Shown: in pieces, positions 1 through 13,375 of the stretch
Layout: each line of letters opens with the position of its first letter
Numbering within the stretch: the stretch's first letter is position 1
Source of the DNA: Moniliella sp. 'wahieum'
Lineage: Eukaryota
Assembly: GCA_003971905.1 (NCBI GenBank)
Contig: RSEE01000134.1
Span: 62,001-126,000, forward strand
DNA length: 64,000 nucleotides
Direction: 5' to 3'
The notes under the pieces: model-generated
What the model was told of the DNA's origin: nothing
The model's input: the letters and a program-made list of their open reading frames with translations, nothing else
The model's database searches: none
Made by a program: the position numbers and the translations under genes

Positions 1-749
1 ATTGCGCATCCTCCCGGTCACATGCATGGTGGATGGGCAACCAAGCTTGCGGCCGAGCGGGACCAGCGTATCGTACGGCCGAGACCGACGGCCGTCCTTC
101 TTGAACTGCTGTGCGACCAGACCCGTGATCGGAGCGTGTCGTGGCGATAGGTACGCCACTTTTTGTGCTTTTTGGGTTTCTGCCACGCGACCGGGTTGCC
201 TCGGCCTCGTCTTGTTCGTCTGCCTGCTGCGCGCCAGGCGTGGTAAACAGGTCGGTCAGACACCACGAGCGAAGCTCGCCGTCGGGAGACAAGTCGACTC
301 CCTTGCCCTTTTCGGCGTGCCGGATAAGCGTGGACAAGGAGGAGGAAGGGGGGGAGGTGGGTTAGCGGGCCAATCGCATGTGCTGCATCGGCAAGATGGG
401 GGGCTAAGAAAAAAAATACACACATAGACATGGCCCCGGCGGCTTTCGGGTACCACAGGCAGCGCATCGAGCCAGGCCAAGTGCACAGCCTCGTCCTCTG
501 CTTCGATGAGTGCAAGCTGATCTGGCTGGTGCGCAGAGGGGAGGGCCAAGGGGAGCTGGAGCGGCGCGGCGGGGGGCTGGGTCAGCCAGGCGTCGGCGCG
601 CGGGGTGGCGTCCGTGGGGGGGCTGGCGGGCAGGGCACGGGCGAGGCCGCGGCGGGACGGAGGGTGGCGCAGGCGATGGCGGCGAGGGCGAGGGCCAGCG
701 ACAAGGCGGTGCGGGGGCGGCGGTGGGCGCCGGTGCGCGAGGGAGGCAT
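1..749 (-). CDS. Putative secreted protein, 5' part only (runs off the window start); weak resemblance to a fungal M28 aminopeptidase prepro-region
   Basis: ATG at 749 gives MPPSRTGAHRRPRTALSLALALAAIACATLRPAA, a basic region followed by a hydrophobic signal-peptide-like stretch. An intron-like segment at ~305-425 has a GCTAAC branch site. The family assignment is a guess. Confidence 0.4.
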
Positions 750-2007
750 GGTGGTGGCCGAGGAGTGAATGTGGGGGGGGGGGGGCTGCGCGCAGTTGTC
801 CGTCGCCCATCCCACATTCACGGCAAGACGCAGCGGAGGTGAAAAAATCACAGCACCCTGCGGCACCACTCCACCCGCTGAACATTTCATACCACCGCCC
901 GCTCGCAGCACGATGCATGACGCTTTCACGCTTCCCGCCGCCGAGGTACTGGTTGTGCGCCCCCGGCCTGCCCACCACAAACCGCCCCCGTGCCTGCGGC
1001 TGGTGTGCACCCTCTTTTCCCCCGCAACGCCCCTGCGCCCACCGATTCCAACGCAGCGCAGTCACTAGTACTAGTCACCTCCTAGTCACATCCCCCTCGT
1101 CGCCGAGCGGAATCTGCCACCCCCTTCGCCTGGTCCTCTCGTTCCGCCGTATGCACTCCACAATCCGCCTTTCCGCCCGCCGCTGGCCTTTTCGTTCGCC
1201 TTGCAACCAACCATCCACCCGAGAGGCCACCCCCCCACACCACGCGCGCATCCAGCCTCCTAGGGTATGTGTCCTCCCTCCTGCGCTCATCGGGATGAAA
1301 TCTACGACAGGCGGACCTACCCCCACGCTTCTCCCTGCACCCAATTTACAGGGGGGTGCACAGAAGCAGTGGCTGCGGATCTTACTCGGCTGCTGAACTT
1401 TGCTCGCGCATCCATCCATCTGCGTACGACCGTTTTGACCCTCTTGTCTCTCTTCAGATCCCTGGATGGCCGTCGCCCCCCCTTCGTCTTGTACGCCGTA
1501 CCATGCGCTCCCCCTCCCTTTCGCATGTCCTCCCTCATCCTCCCTGTATGTTGACGACAATGAATGGCATTCAACACAGTTCTGTATTCGCGTCTAGGTT
1601 CATGTTGCGCTTGTCCTGGTGGGGGATGGAGTACGGCCAGCCGGAATGCGTGGGAACGTGTCAATATATCATGTCAATGTTCACCCCGCAGGCGCCAGAC
1701 TGGGCGGGGGGGCCCGTCAGCGGCCAGGCCCAGTTCCGACAGCGGAATGGATTGTGAAAGCACGGGGGGCGCCGGGCGGAAAAGCCAGGCGACGCGGACT
1801 TGTCCCCACGCGCGGACTTGGTCTGGCGGCACACGGAGATGGTGCCCGTGTCCCGCGCCCGCACCGCAGCAGGGTCCCGCGCGCCGCGAACCTTCGGGCG
1901 GCGCCTTTCTCCGCTCCGACGCCCGTGCCCAGCGGCTTTTAAAGCGGGCGGCGGCAGGAGACGCAACTCCAGATCCAACCCCCCACCCACCCACCCGCAC
2001 CTCCGCC

Positions 2008-3222
2008 ATGGCTGCCCGTGCCCCCAGACCGCCCTCCGTGCCGCCAGCGCATCGGCCTTGCCGCGTTGCTGCCCCTCGCTCCGCCCCGGCTGCGCGCGCG
2101 CTCAGCACCCTTGTCGTGGCGGTGCCCGCGCTGCTCGCCCCGCCGTGCGCGCTGCCGCGCCCACCTCGTCCGCGTTGTGCGCACGCTCAAGTTTGCCGAT
2201 GCGGACGAGACGGTGTACGAGCGCTGGGACTGGCGACGGAGAAGCTGCAGAGCTAATTTAAGAACGACACGTTTGCCGTCATTGCTATGGCTCGCAGGGC
2301 TACGCTCAGTCGCTCAACTTGCGCGACAATGGCATGAATGTGATTGTTGGTGTTGTGAGGGTGGCCGACGTTCGTGGCAGGAGGCCCAGAGGACGGGTAC
2401 GTGCCGGGCAAGACGTGTTCCTATTGAGGAGGCGATCAACAAGGGCACCATCATTATGAACCTTCTTTCGGACGCTGCCCAGTCGGAGCTGTGGCCCAGA
2501 TTGCGCCCCTGATCACGCCGGGCAAGACGCTCTACTTTTCGCATGGCTTCTCGGTCGTGTTCAAGGACGACACGCCGTTGTGCCCCCCAAGGACGTTGAC
2601 GTGATTCTTTGCGCGCCCAGGGCTCGGGCCGCACGGTGCGCAGCTCTACCTCGAGGGCAAGGGAATCAACTCGTCGGTTGCCGTGTACCAAGACGTGACG
2701 GGCAAGGCCCTGGAAAAGGCGGTCGCTACCGGCATTGCCGTTGGCTCGGGCTACATTTACGAGACCACCTTTGAGAAGGAGGTTTACTCGGACCTGTATG
2801 GCGAGCGTGGTGCCCTCATGGGTGGCATCCAGGGCATGTTCAAGGCGCAGTACGACGTGCTTCGTGAGAATGGCCACTCGCCCTCGGAGGCATTCAACGA
2901 GACGGTTGAGGAGGCTCTGCAATCGCTCTACCCGCTTGTTGGGGAACACGGCATGGACTACATGTACAAGGCCTGCTCCACCACGGCCCGTCGTGGTGCG
3001 CTCGACTGGGCGCCCGAGTTTGAGAAGGCCAACAAGCCCGTGTTTGAGCGCCTGTACGCCTCGGTCCGCAAGGGTGACGAGACGCGCCGCACGCTCGAGT
3101 TTGCCTCCCGCCCCACCTACCGCGAGGACTATGACAAGGAGACCGACGCGATTGCCGACCAGGAGATGTGGCGCGTTGGCCACACCGTTCGTGCCCTCCG
3201 CCCTGACCGCCAGAACAAGTAA
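2008..3222 (+). CDS. ILV5: Mitochondrial ketol-acid reductoisomerase (acetohydroxyacid reductoisomerase), frameshifted in this assembly
   Basis: Segments across frames include RTLKFADADETVYERWDW, IEEAINKGTIIMNLLSDAAQSELWP, PPKDVDVILCAP and the intact C-terminal half YQDVTGKALEKAVATGIAVGSGYIYETTFEKEVYSDLYGERGALMGGIQGMF...ACSTTARRGALDW...VRALRPDRQNK. The Arg/Ala-rich N-terminus looks like a mitochondrial presequence. Confidence 0.96.
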
Positions 3223-3648
3223 ATGGACTCCCCGCTCCGCTGCATCTTTCCTGTTCTCGTCTTCATGCCCAAAAATGTGTACAGCACCCCATCCCTGCTT
3301 GCCTTGTTTTCTGTACTATTTCAGCTATAGTCGCTCGGGCCTCTGTACCGTCCGACACACAACAACGTAGTGCCCCCCGCCTTGACTCTGCCCGGGTCTC
3401 TCACGAGGTGAACGAAGAATTTTCGAATTGATATCGATCCTGTGAACGAGCGAGAAGGGCTTACTAGTTATAGGCTGAATCCACCCGTTACCGTAAGGCG
3501 CACCTGCTTTAATGTTGGTCTCCAGGGAGCGAGCTACATGAGGCACGGCAGTGGCTTCGACGCCTGACTTCAACCACTGGCCAAGAAAGGGGAACAAGTA
3601 TACATCAATGTGATTGGCATTGCTCTACTGTGGGAGGCTCGACTCACC

Positions 3649-5978
3649 TCAAAGGCGCTTGCGGATCCACTCCTCCAGCCCACCGGCCAAGAAAAGGTCC
3701 TGCACATTCTCCGCGACCGTCGTCTTGGTTTGGTATGTGACTTTGGATCCGTCCGCGCGAGTCTGCACCACCCGGCCATCGGCCGAGGAAACGTCGAGGG
3801 TCTGGTCCAACGCTTGGAGGGTAGCCTTGCCATCCTTGGTTCCGGCTCCGCGTGCGGCGTCCTTGGCATACTCGGCGGTCAAAGCGTCTACCAGCGCTGG
3901 GCACTCGAGGCAAATCAGGCCATTGTTGGTCGCGTTGCGCTTGAAAATGTCACCAAACGAGCCGGCGAGCACGATGGGTACACCAGCGTACTTGAGCGCC
4001 GTCGCGGCCTGTTCACGGGACGAACCGGTACCAAAGTTGTACCCGCCCACCAGAACCACTCCCTTGCTCACGCCTTCCACCGCCGGTTCATCAGCATGCC
4101 GCGCCCGCACCCCGCCACCACCTTGGCAAAGTCCACATCGTAATTCTCCATCACCACCTCGGCTTGCTTGGCCGGGGTCATGTCGTCTTGGTAGGTGTAC
4201 TTGCCCGGGTACAGGGCATCGGTGTTGAGGTTGTCCTGCGGGGCACAGGAACGGTCCAGAAAAGTGGGACGGGAAGCCAGGGAGCAACGTGCCTGTCGTC
4301 TGTGCTGCTTCCTTCTCGGACTCTGGGCTGGGCTCTTACTCTGAGCTGGCGCGTTGGTTGTCCAAGAAAAGACAGGACGGGTCATCTGGGCCAACGAGGG
4401 GTCCAGATCGGCCGGTCCACAAATCTTGCCTGCCGTCGCCGACGCAGCGACAACAGCTGGGGAAGCAAGGTAGGCCAACGCGTTGGGCGAGCCCATGCGG
4501 CCCTTGTAGTTTCGGTTGGTGGCTGAGATACCCACCTCGCCATCCTCCAGCAAGCCGGTACCCAGGCCAATGCACGGCCCACATCCGGCCGGAAGCGGCC
4601 TGGCGCCCGCAGCTAGCAGTGTGCCCCAATCGCCTGCCTCCTCCGACGCCCGCTGCACCACGCTGGAAGCTGCCGCGACGTAAAATTCGACGCCGGGCGC
4701 TACTTTTTTACCGCGCAGCACTTCGGCCGCGGCATGGAGGTCGGACTGGCGCGAGTTGACGCACGAAACGAGGTAGGCCTTGTTGATTGCAATCTGTTGC
4801 TGGCTCAGTTGGCTTAATGGCGTAGCTACCTTGACCGAGTTGGGCCCGGACACGTGTGGCGCCAGTTGACTCAGGTCGAGCCGCAGCGTCTTGGAGTAGA
4901 ATGCGTCCGGGTCGGAGCGAACGAGGTTGTGAGCTAGCTGGTCTAAGCGTTTCAGGTTGAGTCGCGGGTGGTTCTGAGCCAAAGAAGGGGAGGAACCGAA
5001 TTGGAACTTGTCCATGCCCCGGATCAACTTTTCGTACCATCCCAATGTCGTATCGTCCACTGCAAATACCCCTGCCAACGCGCCCCACTCGGTAGTCATG
5101 TTGGCGATCGACAGACGCTCGTCCACGCTCAACGTACTCACCCCGGGGCCGGTAAACTCAATGGCGCAGTTGAGCACTTGGTCTTGGTCAAAGTACCCAC
5201 ACAACGCAATGATCACATCTTTCCCCGTCACCCCGGGTGGCAAATGACCCGTCAACTCGACCTTGACTTGTTCCGGAATCTGCCACCAGGTCTGGCCCGT
5301 GGCCCAGATCGCTGCCGCATCCGTTCGGACCACTGGCGTGCCCACACAGCCCACCCCGCCGTACATGTTGGAATGCGAATCGCTGGCGACAGCCAGCGTT
5401 TGCGGGAACGCGTACCTTCCTCAATCATCACTTGATGCCCAATCCCACGCCCGGCCGGGTAAAACGACACATCTTGTTCCCGGGCAAAAGCTTGGATCCT
5501 GCTGTACTTTTCCAAGTTCTTGGCCGACTTGTTCTGCACGTCGTGGTCCAGCGCGAACGCCACCTGGTCCGGGTTGGCAATCTTACTGGCCCCAATGGAA
5601 CGGAACCTGGTGGGGGAGACACCAACGTCAGTCCCTCTGTCTGTGTACCCTCTGGGTACCCTCTGGCCCGTACCACAGCTAAAACCCCCGGGGGGAGGTA
5701 TACGTACTTGGAGATAACCGGCCCCGTATTGTCGGGGTCATGACCACATTGGGACGAATGTTGACGCTATCGCCGGCCTGGACTGTAACGCCAGGCCGAA
5801 GGTCGACGGCATACCGCTGCACAATCTTCTCAATCAACGTTTGCGGCACGGCGGCCTGCGCGCGCGCCGAGACGGAGAAGAAGGCGCGAGGGCCAGACAG
5901 GGTGGCAGGGCGCAACAAGGTCTGACGAGGCACGGCGCGCCACCCAGCAGGACGGGGCAGGACGCGGGGGGCGAGCAT
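3649..5978 (-). CDS. LYS4: Mitochondrial homoaconitase (homoaconitate hydratase), alpha-aminoadipate lysine pathway
   Basis: Motifs [119 protein letters not shown] and [18 protein letters not shown]. Intron at ~5607-5707 (GTACGT...CTGAC...CAG). Confidence 0.96.
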
Positions 5979-8900
5979 GGTGGGGAGGTGGTGGTTACCT
6001 GGACCAAGCGTCAAGCGTCAAGCGTCAGGCCTCAGGGCCGGCGGAGGGGCAGCTGGGGGGATATTGATATGGTTGATCCACTCTGTAACCCCAGTCTGGG
6101 GATTCCGAATCACGCTTTTTTTTCGCTGCCGCCAGGCGCAGGCGGAGAAGAGGCGGGAGAGGCTGGACAGTGGCCAGGTGCTAGTCATTAGAGACGATTT
6201 GTCAGGCGTTGATTTTACTCCGTGCCCATTTCAATCCCAGCCCACCTCGTCTTCCTCTCCTTGGACGGGGTTAAGCGCGCTAAGCGTTAAAGGTCGGAAG
6301 TTGAGGCCAGGCCTACTTCAGCGCTTCAACCTGCCACTCCGCCTGCCTCAGCTCAAAGAACCATTCGTGGCTTGTCTCCTTTCCCCCACACAGCGTGGTG
6401 GAACAACTGTGACAGGGAAAGGACACCTTTTATCTTACTTGCCTTTTAGACGTCTGTCCGACGCTAGTGATGATCGATGAACGTTGAATAGAGACGAAAC
6501 ACTTGATTTGGCCTCATATGTGTCCAAGGCGCAAGAGAGAGAACGCGTACCACGAGAACCTCAAAACTTCCGGCTTTTGGATTCACACTGACGCTTTCAA
6601 CCAGGTAAAGAGAGAAGTGTGCTGATAACAGGGTAAGGGTCCGTCGTAGCCCCCGCGCCGATTTCCTTCTTGCGCACACGAGTCGGACAGCGCACTCACG
6701 CGGCGGGAACAGTCAATCATGTCTACATTTGCCGCGGTGATGCTTAGCGTTTCCATGCATACTATGCCTATTACCAGTTACGGGGCCCTGGTAGTAAGGC
6801 ACCCCTCTTTGGTATAGGCTAGTCTCTCGCTTGAGCAGTAGGTGGCAACAGCCGATGGACCGATGGACCGAGATGGGGCAAGTCATGAGGGGGTCTCACA
6901 TGGCCATTGCAGGGCAGGTATCAGTTGCATAGCAGCGAGGCATCTAGTACCACTACTGGCCCCAACTTCCCCTCATCAGGATTCCACAGAGGATGGTTCT
7001 TATTAATACCCGCAGATCTAGTGTCCCCACACTGTGGAAATGTCATAGTTTGGCTGATCTCGCTCTCATTTCCAATTCCTTCGTCTCGAGCGTCTCGCTC
7101 CTTCCCTGTTTCTTCCACTTCGCACAATGTCCTCTGTTCTTGCTTGTTCTCCAGGAACGATTGCTACACCCCTTGGCCTAGTCCGATTCTGGTCTCCCTC
7201 GCCTTAGCCCCGACTGTGACAGGAAAAGCCCCCCCTGTAGAAAAGTTCATCGCCCATGGTCCCTCTATGACGGCACCTTCGTACTGTGTCTTCCCTCCTC
7301 CAAACTTCATCAGTCGAAAGTACTGCCACACTGCAGCCACTCGTCGTGAATCATATCTCACCATCCTGCGTTTCGTACGTTCCCAATCCGGTGCCGGCCT
7401 TTGCTCCGCCTGGGGGCAAAGAAAAAGCTCATATTGACCCACCAGATGGGGGGCGGGTGCTGCTTCAACATCTCTTCAGCACACTCAGCCCATCATGACG
7501 TGGATCCTGTGCACGACATGCAAAGCCCTGGTGCCAGACTACACCATCAGTCATAAATGCTGCCCCCATTGTAAGGCATTCCTGCCAAACATGCACCATT
7601 GATATTAGCTTCCATCGAAGCATTTCCTTCGTGTTATTAGGTTCAAGCCATTTTGCCATCTCGCCTCCCTTTTTCCATCTATTCACGTGCACGTCTTGTT
7701 GATGCTGCATACTCATAAATATCCTCTCCTCACGAGGTTCATAGCTCTCTCCAGGTGATGGTCGCGGTACGCCACACACTCTCTTTTGCCTATAAAGAGA
7801 TTTTGTTCTTTCACCTCACTTGACTGCTGACAAGCTATAGTACCTCTTTGCTTCCAGAACCCCCATTGAAACCCTCTGCCGTCACCACACAACGCACGCT
7901 ACTTCCCTTACCGACTTGGCGTTTGCTCTCCGCGCCCCCCCTCCGTGTTCCACTGGGCAAAACCAACCCCAAACTACAACTCACCAACAATTCAGTTTCT
8001 TATCATCCGTTCCAAGTTCGACGGTTTCGTTCTTTCGTTCCCTTGCTGCATCGCAAAAGGAAGATCATTGCGATCCGATCGCTGCATCTTTCCTTCCCCT
8101 TAGTATTGTTCCGTAACCCAACTCCCCCCCCTGCCCTCCTTCTCCTCCGTTTCCCCACTCTATACGCTCGAGGCAACACCCTCCCAGCTGAGAAAAGGTC
8201 AATGGATTCATTTTGGGGGGATGTGGTTTTGCAAGTGTGGCGTTACTGGGCCAGATTGCCACAGTAGGCATGAGGCCTCATAAGAGCGTTCTTGATAGGT
8301 TGGCCAGTGGGCAGCCAAAGTTTGTATGCATACAAGTCGGTCCTCCCAAAATATGTCATATTTTTCGACCACACTTTTCCTGTAGGCATATGTGCTCTCC
8401 ATTGGGAAGGGAAGGGGGGGATGGAAGGAGGCGCAGATACAAGGCAACAGGAGCTATCAGATCGATATAGGCAGGAACATTCCAGATATGTTTTGAAAGA
8501 TATATGTGCCGGTGTGTGAGCGAAGATGGGATATCGCAGCTGAACCACCGTGGCATATCGAGAGGTGGGAAACGGCGGTAATGCGGCATGGCCAGTCCAA
8601 AGGCATGAGAGGAAAGATGGGGGGACTCACCTCTCTTCTGAGAGGTTGCCACCCAGCGGAGATGAGATCACATTGAGGGAAACAAGAGGGCCCCTAATAG
8701 AAAACCTGTTCATACAGCAACAGACCATCAGGAACGCACAACGTTCGCCACGATAGCGCTACATTTAACCTGTAGTAGATATAGGGAAGAAGTGTGCCGT
8801 GAGAAAGGGGTGGGTCAGAAGAGGGAACCATCCTAATAGTCTCGTTGCAAACAGGGGGCCCTGAGGGCCACTGGCCCATGGCGCTGTGGGCGTGGTCGCG

Positions 8901-9111
8901 AGGGTCGAAGAGGAATTGTATCTCCCACTGAGGCCCAAGTGGACGCGAGAAGAGGGGAGGCGTAGTCATATATCAGTGGTGGCATGACACCCTCCGATCT
9001 GCATCTATGTCATGTCTATCGACTCGCGTCCCAAGGCTCCCACGAGCGAAGCGAGAGTGTGTATGGTATACAGTACTACAGTCGTGTCTGCTGCTGCGGG
9101 CTAGAGTGCGC

Positions 9112-12100
9112 TCAGCGGGCACGGAAGCGGGTCAAGTCAGGCACAGCCATGCCCTCGTCGTCGTCGCTCGCCACCGCCAGCACCTCCACCGCCATCGTCT
9201 CCCTGCGCGCCCCGCCGTCCCACCCGCTGCTTGTGCACCAAAGCGCGCCAGCAGCGTCCCTTTCAACCCAGCCCCCAGCCCCAGCCCCGGGGCGGACTCT
9301 ACCCTCCTCCTCCTCCTCCTCCGAACCAGCCCAGGGGCCAGCACCGCGGCACATTGACGCCGCCACCGGCCCAGCATCTGATACCTCCTCCTCTTCCTCT
9401 TCCTCCTCTGTCCACCCCCGCCGCCACCCTCGGCCGAATTGGGAGCTGCGGCCCATCCAATCTCGTCCTCCGACCTTGGCTTGAGAGATGCGGTGGGGAA
9501 ACTGCGTCGGCCAGACGTTAGCGGACTCAGCTCGCCTTCGTCCGACTGCACCTCATCTTCCTCGGACGTGTTCAGGCTCAGGTTCAGATGGGCCGACAAA
9601 TCATGCCTGTTCGTCCGTCCGCGGCCCCAGCCACCCTCGCGCCCATTTCGCTGCAACGGCAAGCTTGCCGTCACTGAAGCCCGCAGCATCCTTCGTCGTG
9701 CAATCATCGTCTCCGTCTGGGGAGAGGCGGCCGAAAGAGAGCGCTTCAATGGAGGTAAGCTAGCTGGAGCAGCATGGGGGGAGAGTGGGAGTCGCCCCTC
9801 TTTCTCCGTGGAGCGTAGGTAAGGAGTGCGCCCTTGATCCTGTCCCTGTTTCCGCAGCGGCGCCTGGCAGGCTGCAGCATCCGCCGCGCCACCCGATTGG
9901 CGTGCGCAGGCGACAGGGGCCGGGGTGTGCTGGACGTGCTGGGCACGGGCGACACGCTCGACCGTCCTCCCACTCCAGCAGAACAGGAGAAGAGATCAGC
10001 CCTTCCTCTTCCTCTTTGCTCCGAGTAGGAAGGGCGAGAGGGGCAGTAGCACCAACTGGTGTTCTCTCTCTTACCCTCTGTTCTGCTGGCCACCTAGACC
10101 GCTTCACTTCCTGCTCTGGATTAAGGTCCTGCTGTTCCGGCTCTTGCTCTTGCTCTAGCCCTTGCACTTGCGCTTGCGCTTGCTCTTGTTCTTGCTCCTC
10201 CGCCTCGCCATCCACGCCTCCGTACTGGCCGTTGCCATCGTTTTCGTCTTCCTCCCAGTCTTCCATGCCCAGCTGAAGCGTGCGCCGCACGCGGCCCTCG
10301 GGCCCGGCCAGACGCAAGGGCATCAGTGGGGCAGGCCAAGCCCGAATGCGTTTGGTGCGTGGTGACGGGGTGCCCGTGGAAGAGAGGGACTGACTCCGTT
10401 TCCGCCCGCTTCGCACCGGAGACGAAGGTGCGGCAGATGCATCACCTTCCGATACATGGTCCGATGCTACACTTGAAATGCTGGCACTCCGAGGTCGGCG
10501 GCGCGTGTGGCCACGCAAGGACGGCCGGCGTGACGGGCTTACCACCTCGGGTCTCTGCTCGCAGTTCTCCTCATTACCCTCTGGGATGGCGGTCGTTGCT
10601 TGCGCCTCCCAACCGTCGCCGGAAGGAGCTGGCGGGGCCATCCCAGACGCAGCGGCCGAACGTGCCGACGCGCCTGCTTCCCCCTGGCCACGGTCCGGTA
10701 GGGCTGGCAATAAGGTAAACAGTTGCGTTTCCGCAAGCACTTGTGTCTCCCCCATCCCACGTACCTTGGTCTGCGGTGTCCGCCATGCATCTGCGCCCCA
10801 GTATTCGTTTTTGGTCTCAGCCCCAGTTTCGGTCTCAGCCTCAATCTCGATCTCGGTCTCGGTCTCGGTCTCGTGTCGGTCCACATGCGGTGGCGCGGGC
10901 ATTGACGGAGCTGGTGTTATTGGGCCTGCCTTCTTTGCCTCGTTCCAGCCACAGCCGGTTGAGGCTTGGCGAAAAAACGACTGCGAAGCGTGGCGCGGCC
11001 CACAGGGGTCCTTTGCGATGCATGCTCCCGGACAGGTGGCGTTGGCGCAGGTCCGCCCGGGCGCTTGAGCGGCGAAGGCGTCCGCAGAGGAGCGGGCAAG
11101 GGAGTGGAAGTGGATGTGGATGGGACAGGGGTGGACTTGGCCCGGGCAAAAAAGGATCCTAAAGTGCGCGGCGGGCGCGCCGAGGAAGGTGTCGACCCAG
11201 GTTTGAATAACTGCAACGTGCCTGGCGAGGCAGGACGAGGGTTCCGACGGCCGCAGGCGGGGCAGCGGCGGCGGAGAAGGAGGAAGCGGTGCCTGTCTTG
11301 CCAGAAGTCAAACCGAGACGGGAGGCGGAGCGAGCAAAGGGAACGGGGCCTTCAGGGGTTGGTACGTCATTGGGTCCAGGTTTCCCAGCGCAATCCCGCG
11401 CGCCACCTCCTCCTCGATCCAGGGCCCAATGGTGTGTTCGGCACGTCGCCGCTCTTGGCTCACCTCGGCATCTTCGCTCGGCCCTGGTGCAGGCAGCGGA
11501 GCCAAACAGACCAACTTTCCCTTGCCGCGTGGGTCCCATACGCGCTGATGCAAGAAGGTGAGTTCGGCACGGCGAAAGGCAGCAAGATACGCGTCGACCC
11601 GGCTCGGCTTCTTCTTTTGAGCATCGCTGCTGCCATATTTTCAGCACCGTCTTCCGCACCGGGGCCCTCCATCCCTTCTTCACCCGAGGGCTCCACAGAC
11701 GGGAGACTCGTCTTGCCCTCAAACAACAGATGCCGGACCACACGAGCCGGCGACCCATAGCGGCGGATCAATGCGGTGGCCGAGCGCAGGCCAATGCCGG
11801 CCAAGCCGGGCAGGTAATCGCACCCGCTCAACAGGGCGGCATGGCGAAGATGGGTGAGCGCTTTGAGCTGACGAGTGTCGGCCCAGGGAGGGGCGGAAGG
11901 GTGGGTGCCCGACGCGTCGGCAGCGGCAGGCGAGGCCCAGTCGTGCCACGGCTGCGACGCGGCGGCGCGGCCGGAGCCCAAGGCGGGGACTTTGGCGCGG
12001 GGCAGGTCCTGGGCGGACAGGGCGAGGCAGGAGCCGTCGGGCTGGAGCTTGGTGAGCAGCAGGCGGGTGCCATAGACGAGCAGGTCCGAGTCTTCGGACA

Positions 12101-12606
12101 GGATGCCATCGACCAGGCCGACGCGCTCGAGGAAGGCCATCTGCGCATCGGCCTCGTAGGGCGCGACGAGGAAGTCGACGCCGAGGTGGGCGAGGCGGTC
12201 CATCAGCGCGCGAGCCATGGCGGGGGTGATGTCGACGGCCTTGGCGCAGAGCTCGCGGGCGGAGGGATGGCCGGAGCGCACGGCGGCGGCGGCGGCGTCT
12301 CGGGGCGGCGCGGGCGGCGGCGCGGGCGGCCTCGGTGCTGCTTGCTGGGCAGGCGGCCGCCGTCAAGACGAGGAGGGGCACGACGCCGTGTGGCGCAGGA
12401 GGCGGATGCGCGCCAGGGCGTAGCCGCAGTAGAGGTCGGGGCTGACGGGGGCGGCGGCGGCGGCGGGACGAGCTCGGGGGCGCAGGCGTACGCGCCGCGG
12501 TGGAGCCAGACGTAGGCGTCGACGGCGACGGTGCGGCCGGCGAGCTGGCGGACGTGGGCGGGGCGCTCGACGTCGCGCACAAGCGGGAGGAGGCCCGAGA
12601 TGCCAT
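9112..12606 (-). CDS. EXO1: Exonuclease 1 (XPG/FEN1 family) with a long acidic, low-complexity C-terminus
   Basis: N-terminus MGISGLLPLVRDVERPAHVRQLAGRTVAVDAYVWLHRGAYACAPEL. XPG I-domain motifs AVDITPAMA, GVDFLVAPYEADAQMAFLERVGLVDGILSEDSDLLVYG and LLSGCDYLPGLAGIGL. AEHTIGPWIEEEVARGIALGNLDPMT follows. The 3' end (…PDLTRFRAR*) is inferred across frameshifts. Confidence 0.9.
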
Positions 12607-13375
12607 GGGCGACCGCCAGCCGAGGGAGCGGGTGTGGGCAGCGCACGCGAAGCCTTCTCTACGCGCCTGAACGCGTCGCGTCGCCGCAGCCGAGCGGCTT
12701 AGCTAAGCCACCGCAGCAACGCATAGACGGCCGTAAGATGGGTGGTGTGACCGGTCCTACACCCGTATTTCTTAGGTAATAAAACCCTCCGCATCAAAAC
12801 AGGTATCGCTGTTTAGGTTGGCCCACACATGCCTCGCTTGGCCGTGGGTTCGGCCGGATTCAAGGCCTTGGCAGTCATGTTCGGCCCCCCCATCAAGCTT
12901 CGGACTTACAGGGCCAAGTTCACAATAAAATCAAAGCGCTTCAACCGTTAAGCTTTAGGTCCTTGAAGGAGGCCAAAAGGCGCCTTAGCAGACCTAAGGC
13001 TTAGCACTTCAAGCTTCAAGCGTCAACGCATCAAACCCAAAAGCAAAAGGAACCTGGGACACAAACAGAAACACATCGGCGAAAGAATGGGTCAGCGGCA
13101 CCGCCTGGTGGGCCTGACCTACTACTACTAATGGACTGGGCTTTGACTCGGATTCAATATTCACTCGTCGCAAGCCATAGTCACTAGTCCTATTCTATTT
13201 CATCAAAACCGTGGAAGGAATACCAGTCTCAGGCGCAGACACCGATGCACCGCCTGTGCCACGTGCGAGCCATATCTCAACGCTGGAGTCGGGGCTGCCG
13301 CCGTGCGTGGTTGTGAAGATTACAACTGTGAGTACTGAGTGTACCTTGAGTACCTTGAGTAGTCTTGGTTCAACG

